This document shows, one piece after another, positions 26,889 to 36,947 of a stretch of 64,000 bases of DNA (the stretch's first letter is position 1; each line of letters starts with the position of its first letter). The stretch is from contig JAPLAD010000071.1 of NCBI GenBank assembly GCA_026393435.1, positions 28,857 to 92,856 of the forward strand. The letters are read 5' to 3'. The notes under the pieces are model-generated. The model worked only from the letters and a program-made list of their open reading frames with translations. It was not told the DNA's origin and ran no database searches. A program made the position numbers and the translations under genes. This stretch comes from Actinomycetota bacterium. Lineage in GTDB: Bacteria; Actinomycetota; Acidimicrobiia; Acidimicrobiales; RAAP-2.

Positions 26889-27628
26889 TGGCGGTCTAGC
26901 CAACCAAGGAGTGTGGCGACCATACGCGGATCAGCCCGCAGGGTATGTCCGGCACCCTGAATAATCCGCAGTTCAGCGTGCTCTTCAGCTGCGGCGTAGA
27001 GATCTCGCGCGTGAGCGACTGGCACCTCAAGGTCTTCGGCACCGTGGCCAATAAGCAGTCGACGCGGGGGGATCTGAGCAATAGATCCCAGCGGATCGAG
27101 CTGAAGGACGTCGTGCACCAGCTCATCGGGATCGAGCAGTTGGTGGCCACCTTGCACGACGCCGGCACGATTAATCTGCGCTCGAAACTTCTCCGGCTCG
27201 CCGCACCACGCATCGAGGTGGGCTGAGGTTGCAAAGGTGGCGACGCCTCGAATGCGTTCGTCGTGAGCGGCCAGTCGCAGCGCCACGTTACCTCCCAGCC
27301 CAAAAGCGGCACAGGCGATAGGGTGCTCCTCTTCGGACAAACGGTCAACGATGGTGGTTAAGTCCGCAAGCCACTGCGTCCCAGAAAATGTTCCGGTACT
27401 GGCACCGACACCAGACATAGTTCCAGTGGCCACGAGCCATCCCGACTCATGCGCGAGGTGTTCACCTAATTCTGGCAACATGCCGGCGGCGGTGCGGCCC
27501 ATGCCGAGTGCCCGTGGCAGTCCATGAAGCAGTACGAGTGTTCGTTCTACCGGTGTTCGACTTTCGGACTGAAAGACGTGAAGATCGAGCTCTGATTCCC
27601 CGCTAGCGAGACGTTCGTGCAACTGCAC
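26885..27628 (-). CDS. alpha/beta hydrolase
   Basis: LVLLHGLP and FGLGGNVA (GxxGG nucleophile-elbow-like) motifs; alpha/beta-fold length. Confidence 0.65.
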   Translation of the reverse strand: MQLHERLASGESELDLHVFQSESRTPVERTLVLLHGLPRALGMGRTAAGMLPELGEHLAHESGWLVATGTMSGVGASTGTFSGTQWLADLTTIVDRLSEEEHPIACAAFGLGGNVALRLAAHDERIRGVATFATSAHLDAWCGEPEKFRAQINRAGVVQGGHQLLDPDELVHDVLQLDPLGSIAQIPPRRLLIGHGAEDLEVPVAHARDLYAAAEEHAELRIIQGAGHTLRADPRMVATLLGWLDRH

Positions 27629-27633
27629 GAAAC

Positions 27634-28749
27634 TCAGATTCCGAGCAGTTGCGCCAGAATCTCGCGGTGGTAAGCAGGGTCACCAAGCAACAGTTCGCTG
27701 CTCTTGGCCCGCTTGAAGTAGAGGTGCGCGTGGTGTTCCCACGTGAAACCAATACCACCGTGGATCTGAATGTTCTCGCCGGCACAGTGGAAGTAGGCCT
27801 CTGAGCAGTAGGACTTGGCCAAGCTGGCGGCAACGGCGAGGTCGTCGCTGTTCTCCTGTGAGCAGTAGGCGGCGTAGTACGCAGCCGACTTGGCGGACTC
27901 AACTTCGAGCAGCATGTCTGCCGCCTTGTGCTTGATGGCCTGGAACGAACCGATGGGACGACCAAACTGGACGCGCTCCTTGGCGTACGCCACGGCATTG
28001 TCGAGCACGCGCTGGCTTCCGCCAACCTGCTCAGCAGCCAACAGAGCGGCAGCCTTTTGCAACGCCACCTTGAGGCCAGCCTCGGCACCACCGTCGGTAC
28101 CAATGAGACGGGCGGGGGTGTTAACGAATTCGAGGCGGCTCTGCTTACGGGTCTGGTCCATGGTGGGCAGCGCGGTGGCGGTCAAACCGGCAGCATTGCT
28201 GGCGACAGCGAAGAGTGAGAGACCCTTGTCGGTCTTGGCCGAAACCAAGATTAACGAAGCGGAGCTTCCGTCGATGACGTAGTTCTTCACACCGTTAATG
28301 CTGTAGGAATCACCCGAACCACTGGCGGTGGTCGACGTGTCAGACACGGTCCAGCTACCAGCGTCGTCGGTCAAAGCCAACGTGGCGATTGTCTCGCCCG
28401 TGGCGATGCCGGGGAGGTACTCAGCCTTGGCCTTGTCGTCGCCCGACTCGAGCAACGCGTTAGCGGCGAGGGCGACAGTGGAGAAGTAGGGAGCACAGAG
28501 CAGTGCTGCGCCCATCTCTTCAAAGACGACGTACTGCTCAACGGGGCCAAAACCTTGGCCACCGAACTCTTCAGGAATACCGAGCGCCTGGAGTCCAAGC
28601 TCTTCGGCCATCTGCTTCCAAACGGACTTGTCGTAACCGTCAGCGGTCGCCATCTGCTCACGAACGGCAGTCTCGGGGGACTTGTCATCAAGGAATCGAC
28701 GGACCATCTTTCGTAGTTCGTCTTGCTCTTCGCTGAATCCAAAGTTCAT
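27634..28749 (-). CDS. acyl-CoA dehydrogenase
   Basis: MNFGFSEEQDELRKMV start and ACAD domains through the C-terminal GGIGFTWEH. Start moved from 28971 to ATG 28749. Confidence 0.85.
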   Translation of the reverse strand: MNFGFSEEQDELRKMVRRFLDDKSPETAVREQMATADGYDKSVWKQMAEELGLQALGIPEEFGGQGFGPVEQYVVFEEMGAALLCAPYFSTVALAANALLESGDDKAKAEYLPGIATGETIATLALTDDAGSWTVSDTSTTASGSGDSYSINGVKNYVIDGSSASLILVSAKTDKGLSLFAVASNAAGLTATALPTMDQTRKQSRLEFVNTPARLIGTDGGAEAGLKVALQKAAALLAAEQVGGSQRVLDNAVAYAKERVQFGRPIGSFQAIKHKAADMLLEVESAKSAAYYAAYCSQENSDDLAVAASLAKSYCSEAYFHCAGENIQIHGGIGFTWEHHAHLYFKRAKSSELLLGDPAYHREILAQLLGI

Positions 28750-28894
28750 GGCGGTTCCTTTTCCTTCGTCTTTTTCGTCACTGTGGGACTTATTGAGAAT
28801 AGCGAATCCTGAGCCACCTAAAATCGCCCCGAAAGAAGTCCTTTTTCTCAGGTTGTGCCAGTCCCCCAATGGCCCCAAGTGGCAGTCTGTACCT

Positions 28895-29512
28895 ATGGAT
28901 AATGTCGATTTGGTCTGGTCTGATACGACGGCTGAGGTGCACCGGTTTGTGGTGGGACCCGTCGAAAACAATGTCTACGTGGTGCGATGCCGCCAAACGG
29001 GCGAGGCGCTCCTTATCGATGCGGCCAATGAACATGAGCGACTACTCGATGTGGCTCGTGCTCTAGGCGTACAAAAGGTCGTAGAAACCCATGGACACTG
29101 GGACCACATTCAGGCAGTCGAGGCCGTTCGTGAGGCCGGTATTGACGTCTGGGTGCGCCACGAGGATGCGGCCATGCTGCCTAGCTACGACGCGCTCCTC
29201 GAAGACGACGACGTTTTAACCGTGGGAAAACTCCGTATGCGGACGCTGCACACCCCTGGACACACCCCCGGATCTATCTGCTTTTCATTAGAAAACACCC
29301 CCGTTCTCTTCACTGGCGACACACTCTTTCCAGGCGGGCCGGGTAACGCCACCTTCGAGGGCGGTGACTTCTCAACCATTATTCAGTCCATAGAAAATCG
29401 CATCTTTAGGGCTTTCGATGGCGAGACCTCGATTTGGCCCGGTCACGGTGCTCCAAGTACGGTCGGCGCCGAGTCACCTTCGCTGGATACTTGGGTGGCT
29501 CGAGGCTGGTAG
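28895..29512 (+). CDS. MBL-fold metallo-hydrolase (glyoxalase II-like)
   Basis: VETHGHWDHI HxHxDH motif. Start moved to ATG 28895 (MDNVDLVW). Confidence 0.8.
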   Translation: MDNVDLVWSDTTAEVHRFVVGPVENNVYVVRCRQTGEALLIDAANEHERLLDVARALGVQKVVETHGHWDHIQAVEAVREAGIDVWVRHEDAAMLPSYDALLEDDDVLTVGKLRMRTLHTPGHTPGSICFSLENTPVLFTGDTLFPGGPGNATFEGGDFSTIIQSIENRIFRAFDGETSIWPGHGAPSTVGAESPSLDTWVARGW

Positions 29513-29550
29513 CCGGAGGGGCATTTAACACACGGCGGTAGGCTTTAACC

Positions 29551-30309
29551 GTGACGACCTCCCTCTTAGAACTCCAGAATCTCCACGTTGTAGCCGAAGA
29601 TTCACAAATTCTGCGCGGAGTCAACCTCGTGATTCAAGCTGGCGAGGTCCACGCCTTGATGGGCCCCAACGGGGCCGGGAAGTCAACCCTCTCCAATGTC
29701 ATCATGGGCCACCCCGGGTACACCATCACCGAAGGAAGGGTCCTGCTCAATGGGGAGGACATCGCCACCTGGACTGCCGATGAGCGGGCCCGGGCCGGAA
29801 TCTTCTTAGCTTTCCAGTATCCAGAAGCCATCAGTGGTGTTTCGGTCATTCAGTTTCTTCGTCAAGCGGTCGGCGCCCGAAAGGGTCTCGATGAGTTGAG
29901 CGTGCTGGAGGTTCGTATGGACCTCATGGAGTGGATGGATCGACTCGGAATGGACAGCACCTTTGCGGAGCGGCATCTCAACGAAGGATTCTCCGGTGGC
30001 GAGCGCAAGCGAAACGAAGTTCTCCAGATGGCCCTCCTGGAGCCCATTGTTGCTCTGTTGGACGAGACGGACTCCGGACTCGACATCGATGCACTCCGGG
30101 TAGTGGCCAACGGTGTTCGCACCGTCAAGGCCGCTCACCCGCAAATGGGTGTCATTCTCGTAACCCACTACGTCAAACTCCTCGATGAGTTGAAGCCAGA
30201 TCACGTACACGTTTTGATTGATGGCCAGATTGTCCATTCCGGAGATGCTGCCGTGGCCGACACGATTGAGCGAGAAGGATATGAGCCCTTCCGACTGGTG
30301 AAGAGTTGA
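29551..30309 (+). CDS. sufC: Fe-S cluster assembly ATPase SufC (copy 1)
   Basis: Walker A GPNGAGKST, FSGGERKRNE signature and LDETDSGLD Walker B. GTG start. Confidence 0.9.
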   Translation: MTTSLLELQNLHVVAEDSQILRGVNLVIQAGEVHALMGPNGAGKSTLSNVIMGHPGYTITEGRVLLNGEDIATWTADERARAGIFLAFQYPEAISGVSVIQFLRQAVGARKGLDELSVLEVRMDLMEWMDRLGMDSTFAERHLNEGFSGGERKRNEVLQMALLEPIVALLDETDSGLDIDALRVVANGVRTVKAAHPQMGVILVTHYVKLLDELKPDHVHVLIDGQIVHSGDAAVADTIEREGYEPFRLVKS

Positions 30310-31541
30310 GTTTTTTTCTCCCTTCGCAAGTCCGTAGCGATATCCCGCTGCTCCATCGGGAGGTGCACGAGCGTCCCATTGTCTACCTAGACACGGCAGC
30401 TACTTCGCTAACGCCCCGCATTGTCATTGAGTCAATGCAGCGCTACTACGAGACCTATCACTCCAATGTGCACCGTGCGGTCTACGTCACCGCCGCGGAG
30501 GCCACGGAGGCCTACGAAGATGCCCGCATCGCGGTAGGGCGCTTTATTGGGGCACCCCATCCAGCCGATGAACTCATTTTCACCCACGGGACAACGGAGT
30601 CATTTAATCTTCTAGCCAAGTCGTGGGGCCGAGCCAACCTCACCGCCTCAGACGCCGTGGTCTTAACCGAGATGGAGCATCACGCCAACTTGGTGCCGTG
30701 GTTCCAACTGCGTGACGAAATTGGTTTTGAGATCCGCTTCATAAAAGTCACTGACGATTTTCGCCTCGACCTCTCCAATCTGGAGGAACTACTCCGTGGC
30801 GCCAAGCTTCTTTCGGTCACCGGCATGTCCAACGTGCTGGGAACGATCAACCCCATTGCAGCATTGGCGACGGCGGCCCATGCGGCTGGCGCCCTAATTG
30901 CTGTCGATGGCGCCCAGTCGGTAGCCCACGGCGTGACCGATGTAGCGGGACTCGACATCGACTTTCTCGCCTTTGGGGCCCACAAGATGCTGGGTCCCAC
31001 AGGTATTGGCGCGCTCTGGGTTCGGCGCTCCATTTTGGATGCAATGCCCCCATTTCTCGGTGGTGGTGGCATGATTGCCGACGTCAGTCTGAGTGGGTTT
31101 TCGCCTGCTGCTGGCATCGCCAAGTACGAAGCCGGCACACCGCCAATAGCCGAAGCCGTTGGATTTCACACCGCCGTGCACTACCTCACCAGTCTGGGCA
31201 TGGAAGATATTGCGGCTTACGAGCACCAGTTAACTGCCTCGCTGTTGGGTGCGTTGGCTACACATTTTCCGGAACGGATTCGAGTCATTGGCCCGACCAC
31301 GATGGAGATGCGCGGCAGCGTGGTCAGCTTTGACGTGGAAGGAGTGCACCCCCACGATGTCGCCCAAGTCCTCGATCAGTTCGGCGTGTGCGTTCGGCCG
31401 GGCCACCACTGCGCCAAGCCACTCATGAAGCGTTTTTCACTGGCCGCCACGGCCCGTGCCAGCTTCGGCCCCTACTCCAATGAGGAAGATATTGAGACGC
31501 TGGTGACAGCCCTCGACGAAGCCGTTAGGTTGTTTGGCTAA
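30306..31541 (+). CDS. sufS: cysteine desulfurase SufS
   Basis: VYLDTAATS, PLP-lysine HKMLGPTG and catalytic RPGHHCA. TTG start overlaps the sufC stop. Confidence 0.9.
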   Translation: MSFFLPSQVRSDIPLLHREVHERPIVYLDTAATSLTPRIVIESMQRYYETYHSNVHRAVYVTAAEATEAYEDARIAVGRFIGAPHPADELIFTHGTTESFNLLAKSWGRANLTASDAVVLTEMEHHANLVPWFQLRDEIGFEIRFIKVTDDFRLDLSNLEELLRGAKLLSVTGMSNVLGTINPIAALATAAHAAGALIAVDGAQSVAHGVTDVAGLDIDFLAFGAHKMLGPTGIGALWVRRSILDAMPPFLGGGGMIADVSLSGFSPAAGIAKYEAGTPPIAEAVGFHTAVHYLTSLGMEDIAAYEHQLTASLLGALATHFPERIRVIGPTTMEMRGSVVSFDVEGVHPHDVAQVLDQFGVCVRPGHHCAKPLMKRFSLAATARASFGPYSNEEDIETLVTALDEAVRLFG

Positions 31542-31543
31542 CG

Positions 31544-32005
31544 ATGTCAAACCTTGAAGATCTCTACCGCGAAATTATTCTGGACCATTACCGGAACCCC
31601 CGTAACCGGGGAGAGTTGGCCACGCCACCGGCCCACAAGGCCGAGGGATTCAATCCACTCTGCGGCGACGAAATAACGGTCTACCTGCACGTCGAAGGTG
31701 ACAGCCTCGTCGATATCAAGATTGCGGGCCACGGCTGCTCAATTTCGCAGTCATCAGCCTCACTCATGACGGCTGCCGTCAAGGGCAAGCCACTCGAAGC
31801 CGTTCGTGGAACAATCGACACCTTTAAGCAACTCATGACCGTTCACGAGACTTCACTCGATGCCGAATTTGATCCAGAGCCCGTAAACCTTCGAGCGCTC
31901 GGGGAGCTCGCTGCACTCCAGGGTGTCGTGAAGTTTCCCGTTCGCATCAAGTGCGCCACGCTGGCGTGGAACACGCTCACGCAAGGCCTAAACGACCTCC
32001 CATAG
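31544..32005 (+). CDS. sufU: SUF-type Fe-S scaffold SufU (NifU/IscU-like)
   Basis: NPLCGDE, GHGCSIS and IKCATLAW cysteine motifs. Confidence 0.9.
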   Translation: MSNLEDLYREIILDHYRNPRNRGELATPPAHKAEGFNPLCGDEITVYLHVEGDSLVDIKIAGHGCSISQSSASLMTAAVKGKPLEAVRGTIDTFKQLMTVHETSLDAEFDPEPVNLRALGELAALQGVVKFPVRIKCATLAWNTLTQGLNDLP

Positions 32006-32008
32006 GGC

Positions 32009-33328
32009 CTACTTCTTAACCTCGTTAGGGAAGCAGGGCTTGGGATTGAAGTAGTAGGCATTATTGGTCGGCTGCGTCGTAGTAGTCACCGGATGCTTGA
32101 TGGTTGTTCCCGTGGGCTTGACGGTCGTAGTCGTGGTTGGAAGCGGCACAAAAGGTGGTTGCGGTGTTTGTAATTGCGCATTGGGTGGTGGATTAGTTGG
32201 CTTCACTAACGACGATCCAAAAACATTGACCAACAATTGCTGAGTGGCAGGCTGGTTCACGACGAGAACGCTGCCGTAGTTACCGACGTGTCCGGGACTG
32301 ATTGTTGGCAAGGTGTACGTCAGCATTTGATTGGGATCGAAGTTGTGAAATTTCACGGCGAGCGCAATCACGTTATTGAGTGTGAACGAGTTATCAATCG
32401 TGATACCTTCGGGCAGCTTGCCCAGGACATTCATAATGGTGTTGGGGTTGTACTCCTTGCGGGCGCGCAGAATCATCGCGCGGAGGAACGCATCTTGGCG
32501 ATAGATCCGTCCGTAATCACTCGTTCCGTCGTAGTACCAATGACCGTTTTGGAACCACTCAAAGTGGCGAGACCGAGCAACGGCGAGGGAACTCATGCCA
32601 TCAATGTGCTGGCAACCCTGGGTATTTATACGCAGCCCGGAATACGCGTCTCTCGAGCGGTAGGGGAAGTTCATATAGAGGCCCCCCAGAGCAACGACTG
32701 AGTTGGCCAAGCCACCAAAGCTGACTTCCACGATGTGATTGATAGGAATGCCGAAATTGGCGGTGATAGTCCGCGCAAGCAGCTGGGGACCACTGCCGTA
32801 GTTCACATTGATTCGATTGAATTTAGAGTAGAGGTTCGTATTTTCCAGCAAAGAGACCATGGTGTCTCTCGGAATCGAAATAACAGTGATCTTCTGCGTA
32901 CCGGGGTCAACGTGAATCACTTTGACTACATCACTCCGCTGGCCGGCGACCACGCCGGCCTGTGCCGCCGCCGCCCCATGAAGACCGGCGCGTGAGTCAG
33001 AGCCCACCGAAAGAATGTTGAAAGGCTCGTCACCAATGGTGGGCAAACAGCTCTCCCCACAGGCCAAGTTGTTGATTTTTTCAAACTGAGATCGGGCCAA
33101 CCAGTAGGAGGTTCCGGCGAACCCAGTTCCAATCATGGCGACCACGAGCAGCACGATCGTAACTTTGCGTCGGGTAGAACGGCGGCCGCGAGTAGTTCGT
33201 CGCTGGGATGCTTTAGGTGTTTTACGTGTCACGCCGGAGCGGCGATCGATGGCATCGCCGAGGGCAACGAGGCGATCTTGGTTGCCAATCTTTCGATTCC
33301 GAGATCCACTTGTACGCCCGGTCGCCAT
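32009..33328 (-). CDS. LytR-CpsA-Psr (LCP) family cell-envelope phosphotransferase
   Basis: N-terminal TM segment, FNILSVGSDSR LCP motif and a Thr/Pro-rich C-terminal tail. Confidence 0.85.
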   Translation of the reverse strand: MATGRTSGSRNRKIGNQDRLVALGDAIDRRSGVTRKTPKASQRRTTRGRRSTRRKVTIVLLVVAMIGTGFAGTSYWLARSQFEKINNLACGESCLPTIGDEPFNILSVGSDSRAGLHGAAAAQAGVVAGQRSDVVKVIHVDPGTQKITVISIPRDTMVSLLENTNLYSKFNRINVNYGSGPQLLARTITANFGIPINHIVEVSFGGLANSVVALGGLYMNFPYRSRDAYSGLRINTQGCQHIDGMSSLAVARSRHFEWFQNGHWYYDGTSDYGRIYRQDAFLRAMILRARKEYNPNTIMNVLGKLPEGITIDNSFTLNNVIALAVKFHNFDPNQMLTYTLPTISPGHVGNYGSVLVVNQPATQQLLVNVFGSSLVKPTNPPPNAQLQTPQPPFVPLPTTTTTVKPTGTTIKHPVTTTTQPTNNAYYFNPKPCFPNEVKK

Positions 33329-33367
33329 TTCTTTAAATTACCAATGCTGAGCCGTCAGAGACGGTCA

Positions 33368-34090
33368 TCACGGCGATTCTTTGAATGGCTCGTAGCCATC
33401 ACGTTCAAGCACTTCGGCCAATTCCGGGCCGCCTTCGGCCACCACGCGCCCCGCGCTCATGACGTGGATTACATCAGGCGTGAGTTCTTGTAGGAGTCGG
33501 CGGAAGTGGGTAATGGCCAAAACGCCAAGTCCCCATTCCTTGGTGGCCAGCTCCAAGCGTCGGGCGACAGCGCCGAGCGCATCGACATCGAGTCCGGAGT
33601 CGATTTCGTCTAACACTGCGAAGGCCGGCTTCAAAACACCTAACTGCACAACTTCGGCACGCTTACGCTCGCCACCGCTGAGGTCGACATTGACAAAGCG
33701 CTCGAGCAACTCTGGTCGGAGGCCAACGTTGACTGCCTCGAGGGCCATAGTGGCTTCGACTTCATTGCGCTTTGCGCCCGCAGCGACCAGCATGTCGACG
33801 GGACGAACGCCGGGAACTTCCATGGGATGCTGGAGTGCTAGGAAGAGGCCCGCTCGAGTTCGTTCCGACGGAGCGAGTCCCAAGAGTTCGACACCATCAA
33901 GCGTCACCGAACCGCCGGTAACGGTGTAGCCGGGGCGACCGGTCAAAGCGTGGGCCAAGGTCGACTTGCCACATCCATTAGGCCCCATAATCACATGCAC
34001 TTCGCCACTTCGGACGGTGAGATTGACGCCTCGGAGGATTTCTTTGTCGCCAACGTTGCAGTGCAGGTCAGTTATTACGAGTTCGCTCAC
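33368..34090 (-). CDS. sufC: Fe-S cluster assembly ATPase SufC (copy 2)
   Basis: GPNGCGKST, LSGGERKRAE and LDEIDSGLD motifs. GTG start at 34090 overlaps the Rieske stop (GTGA). Confidence 0.85.
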   Translation of the reverse strand: MSELVITDLHCNVGDKEILRGVNLTVRSGEVHVIMGPNGCGKSTLAHALTGRPGYTVTGGSVTLDGVELLGLAPSERTRAGLFLALQHPMEVPGVRPVDMLVAAGAKRNEVEATMALEAVNVGLRPELLERFVNVDLSGGERKRAEVVQLGVLKPAFAVLDEIDSGLDVDALGAVARRLELATKEWGLGVLAITHFRRLLQELTPDVIHVMSAGRVVAEGGPELAEVLERDGYEPFKESP

Positions 34091-34401
34091 GGTAGATCCA
34101 CCTCTACAAATCCATTGACCTGACGTGTTGCGTAAGCCTCGACTGGCTGCGTCGCAGGAAATGTCACCGGGGCACCGGTTTCGAGAGAAAACAGCGCGCC
34201 GTGTCGCTCGCACTCGATGGTCTTATCGTCAACATCTACTTCGCCTAAAGAGAGTGAAAACTCCTCGTGCGAGCAACGATCACTCAGCACGTAGACGTCA
34301 GAACCGAGCAGTACAACGGCCAGGACGCGTCCATCAAGACGGACTTGCTGGGCCTGTCCTTCGACGAGTTCGTCCCTTGCAATCAAAGGGGTAAAGGTCA
34401 T
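34087..34401 (-). CDS. Rieske [2Fe-2S] ferredoxin-like protein
   Basis: CSHEEFSL...CERHGALF (CxH...CxxH). It sits between sufD and sufC, as in Streptomyces-type suf operons. Confidence 0.85.
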   Translation of the reverse strand: MTFTPLIARDELVEGQAQQVRLDGRVLAVVLLGSDVYVLSDRCSHEEFSLSLGEVDVDDKTIECERHGALFSLETGAPVTFPATQPVEAYATRQVNGFVEVDLP

Positions 34402-35615
34402 ACGACGACCACGCCATCTAACTGGCTAGCAATATCGGCTTCAATCACGCTTGCCACATCGCGAGGTAGAACATCGAGCATTTCGTTGAAGAAACCTTGA
34501 ATCATCAAACGTTCGGCGTCGTGACGAGAAACACCACGGGACTCCAGGTACCAGCGCTGGAGTTCATCAAGGGGACCCACTGACGAGGCGTGAGCACATG
34601 TCACGTCGTTTTCACGAATATCGAGATTCGGAACGGTGTCAGCATGGGCGTGAGGCGAAAGGAGCAAGTTGTGGTTGGTCTGGCGGGCATCGGTCCGGCG
34701 CGCACCTCGCTCGATTTCAATCAGCCCGGTGTAGATAGACCGTGACTCTTCGGCAACTGCGCCCTTCGAGAGGAGTCGCGATGCGGTACGGCCGGTGTTG
34801 TGTAACTGGTGCGAGCGAAGATCGTGGACCTGAGTACCGCGGCCGAGGTAGGTCGTCCAGAGTTCGTTCTGCGCGCCGGTTCCCTGGAACACGGCGTCGT
34901 TGCGTGCGCGGTCATACGCAGCACCCATGCCGATGACCGACTGGTGCATACGGGCATCACGACCCAGAGTAGTGGTGGTACGCGAAACGTACCAAGCACT
35001 GAGGTCGAGTCGCTGATACGTCGCCAAATTCAATGATGAGTTCTCATCCAAGTGATACTCGGATACGGGAACAACAAGAGAGTCAAGCCCTCCGGACCAA
35101 ATCTCGATGACTCGGGCCGAGGCGCTCTTACCAATAGAAATCTTCAGCCGAGGAAATGCGGCGCCCGCAGTAACCGTGTGCAGAATCACGATCGTCTCAC
35201 GAATATCCCTACCCGGCGTCACGGTGAGTTCAATTGTGCCCGGCGTCAGTGCGCCGTTCATAACTACAAAAGAATCATCCTCATAGCCAGTGATGCTGCC
35301 AGCGTGCTGGGTTGTCTCAACAGTCACACCATTGAGCTGCCCTTCCACGCCTTGGAGTACACCATTGTGAGTTCGCACAACGACAGCGCCCAGGGTGGCA
35401 ATAGAGTTTTCAAGCGCGTCGCCGGAGTGGTCCAGGAATGGTGCGTCAACCACGTACTGATCCAAATTGAAATACTCGAGAGGGGCGTAACGCCACACTT
35501 CGTCGGTGGTCTTAGGAATGCCAGTTGTCGCAAACTCGTCCAGCATGGTCCGGCGCTCGGCGGCGTCGGGCTGGCCTTCAATCCAGTGGGTAGCCGTGTC
35601 GAGAAAGTTCGTCAT
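34398..35615 (-). CDS. sufD: Fe-S cluster assembly protein SufD
   Basis: SufBD beta-helix family sequence. Overlaps the Rieske gene start. Confidence 0.85.
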   Translation of the reverse strand: MTNFLDTATHWIEGQPDAAERRTMLDEFATTGIPKTTDEVWRYAPLEYFNLDQYVVDAPFLDHSGDALENSIATLGAVVVRTHNGVLQGVEGQLNGVTVETTQHAGSITGYEDDSFVVMNGALTPGTIELTVTPGRDIRETIVILHTVTAGAAFPRLKISIGKSASARVIEIWSGGLDSLVVPVSEYHLDENSSLNLATYQRLDLSAWYVSRTTTTLGRDARMHQSVIGMGAAYDRARNDAVFQGTGAQNELWTTYLGRGTQVHDLRSHQLHNTGRTASRLLSKGAVAEESRSIYTGLIEIERGARRTDARQTNHNLLLSPHAHADTVPNLDIRENDVTCAHASSVGPLDELQRWYLESRGVSRHDAERLMIQGFFNEMLDVLPRDVASVIEADIASQLDGVVVV

Positions 35616-35635
35616 AATTAGAAATGCTTGGTAGC

Positions 35636-35649
35636 CCTAGCAGTCTAAA
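35636..35649 (-). promoter_or_regulatory. TTTAGACTGCTAGG motif upstream of sufD, related to the sufB upstream motif
   Basis: Minus-strand reading TTTAGACTGCTAGG lies 21-34 nt upstream of the sufD ATG. It contains a TAGACT -10-like hexamer. Confidence 0.2.
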
Positions 35650-35713
35650 GGCGAGGCCGGTGCTTCCACCCCGGAGGCAATAGGCTCTCGACATCTCAGA
35701 TTCGGGAGTTCCT

Positions 35714-36550
35714 ATGTCATTTGAATCACCAGTACTGACCCTCGAAGTACAGGGGCACGTCGCCACTCTCTGGCTGGACCGGGTCGAGGCCCGTAACGCC
35801 ATGGGGCGCGACTTATGGCAGGACTTGCCTCGCGCTGCCGCCGAAGTGGCCGGCAATGATGACGTCCGCGTCCTCATCATCGCGGCCCGGGGGCCTCACT
35901 TCACAGTGGGCCTCGATCTCAAGCAGATGGGCAGCAACTTTGTTGTTAGCGGCACCGACCGATCGGCCGCCCAAAAGAGTGAGTCTCTCTATCGAGATGT
36001 CCGACGGATGCAAGACGCCATCACGTGCTTTGCCGAACTCAAGGTCCCCGTCATCGCTGCGGTGCACGGATACTGCATCGGTGGTGGCATTGACCTCATC
36101 TGTGCGGCCGACGTTCGCTACGCGAGTTCTGACGCCATTTTTTCAGTACGGGAGGCCAAGGTTGCCATCGTGGCCGACCTCGGCACCTTGCAGCGACTTC
36201 CAAAAATCGTCAGTGCCGGTCACGTGGCCGAGCTGGCCTTCACCGGTAAGGACATCAGGGACATCAGTGCGGCTCGTGCCGAGCGCATCGGGCTGGTCAA
36301 TGACGTCGTGGATGGATCCGCCGACGAGGTCTACGCCAAGGCGCTGGAGCTCGCCACGGAGATTGCAGCCAACTCACCACTCGTCGTAGCGGGCACCAAG
36401 ACGGTGCTGGCCGCTAACGAAGGACGCACCGTGCAGGAGGGTCTCGAATTCGTGGCCGCCTGGAACACGATGTACATCCAGAGCAACGACCTCATCGAAG
36501 CGATGGCCGCTTTCATGGAGAAGCGTCAGCCAACGTTCCGGGGAAATTAA
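35714..36550 (+). CDS. enoyl-CoA hydratase/isomerase (crotonase) family
   Basis: AAVHGYCIGGGIDL oxyanion-hole region; crotonase length. Confidence 0.85.
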   Translation: MSFESPVLTLEVQGHVATLWLDRVEARNAMGRDLWQDLPRAAAEVAGNDDVRVLIIAARGPHFTVGLDLKQMGSNFVVSGTDRSAAQKSESLYRDVRRMQDAITCFAELKVPVIAAVHGYCIGGGIDLICAADVRYASSDAIFSVREAKVAIVADLGTLQRLPKIVSAGHVAELAFTGKDIRDISAARAERIGLVNDVVDGSADEVYAKALELATEIAANSPLVVAGTKTVLAANEGRTVQEGLEFVAAWNTMYIQSNDLIEAMAAFMEKRQPTFRGN

Positions 36551-36894
36551 CGCTTCCAGAATTTCCAGCGGCTTCGACTCTTATTTCTATCGGCCTCTAG
36601 TTGCGCTCGGCGCTCTTCAAACATCTTTGGGGCCACGGCCCCGACAATCTCGCTAGCGGCAGCCAAGACGTCCGCTCGAGAACCGGCCGTTGAATCAGGA
36701 ACCGTCGGTGTTGGCGGAGACACGAGCGATCCATGAGCCCAACCGACATCGGCGAAACGGCGCTCGAACATCACGCACGAGTCCGGGCAGGAAAATGGTT
36801 GATCCGGCGCGACCCCTAAGACGCAGAATCGAGCCGTTTCGCCATTGGCGTAGGAGCGGCTCTGGAAGTGCTTGCACTCTTGTCTCATTGCCAT
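36547..36894 (-). CDS. small Cys-rich hypothetical protein
   Basis: CKHF-x16-C-x12-CPDSC pattern (four Cys) and a basic C-terminus. Start chosen at ATG 36894 to avoid overlap with the GNAT gene. Confidence 0.45.
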   Translation of the reverse strand: MAMRQECKHFQSRSYANGETARFCVLGVAPDQPFSCPDSCVMFERRFADVGWAHGSLVSPPTPTVPDSTAGSRADVLAAASEIVGAVAPKMFEERRAQLEADRNKSRSRWKFWKR

Positions 36895-36947
36895 AGCTCC
36901 ATCGTGCCACGCCAAGGCCTTTTGGGCAAAATAGTCCTCTGATTTCC

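Noticed and set aside
28750-28971. N-terminal extensions of ORF-track models (also 5836-5955, 13231-13329, 44858-44956, 44404-44493, 57299-57433, 1335-1421, 48754-48810)
   Set aside because: The extensions overlap neighbouring genes or promoters, lack homology-like sequence, and have internal starts that match conserved family N-termini or have RBS or stop-start overlaps.
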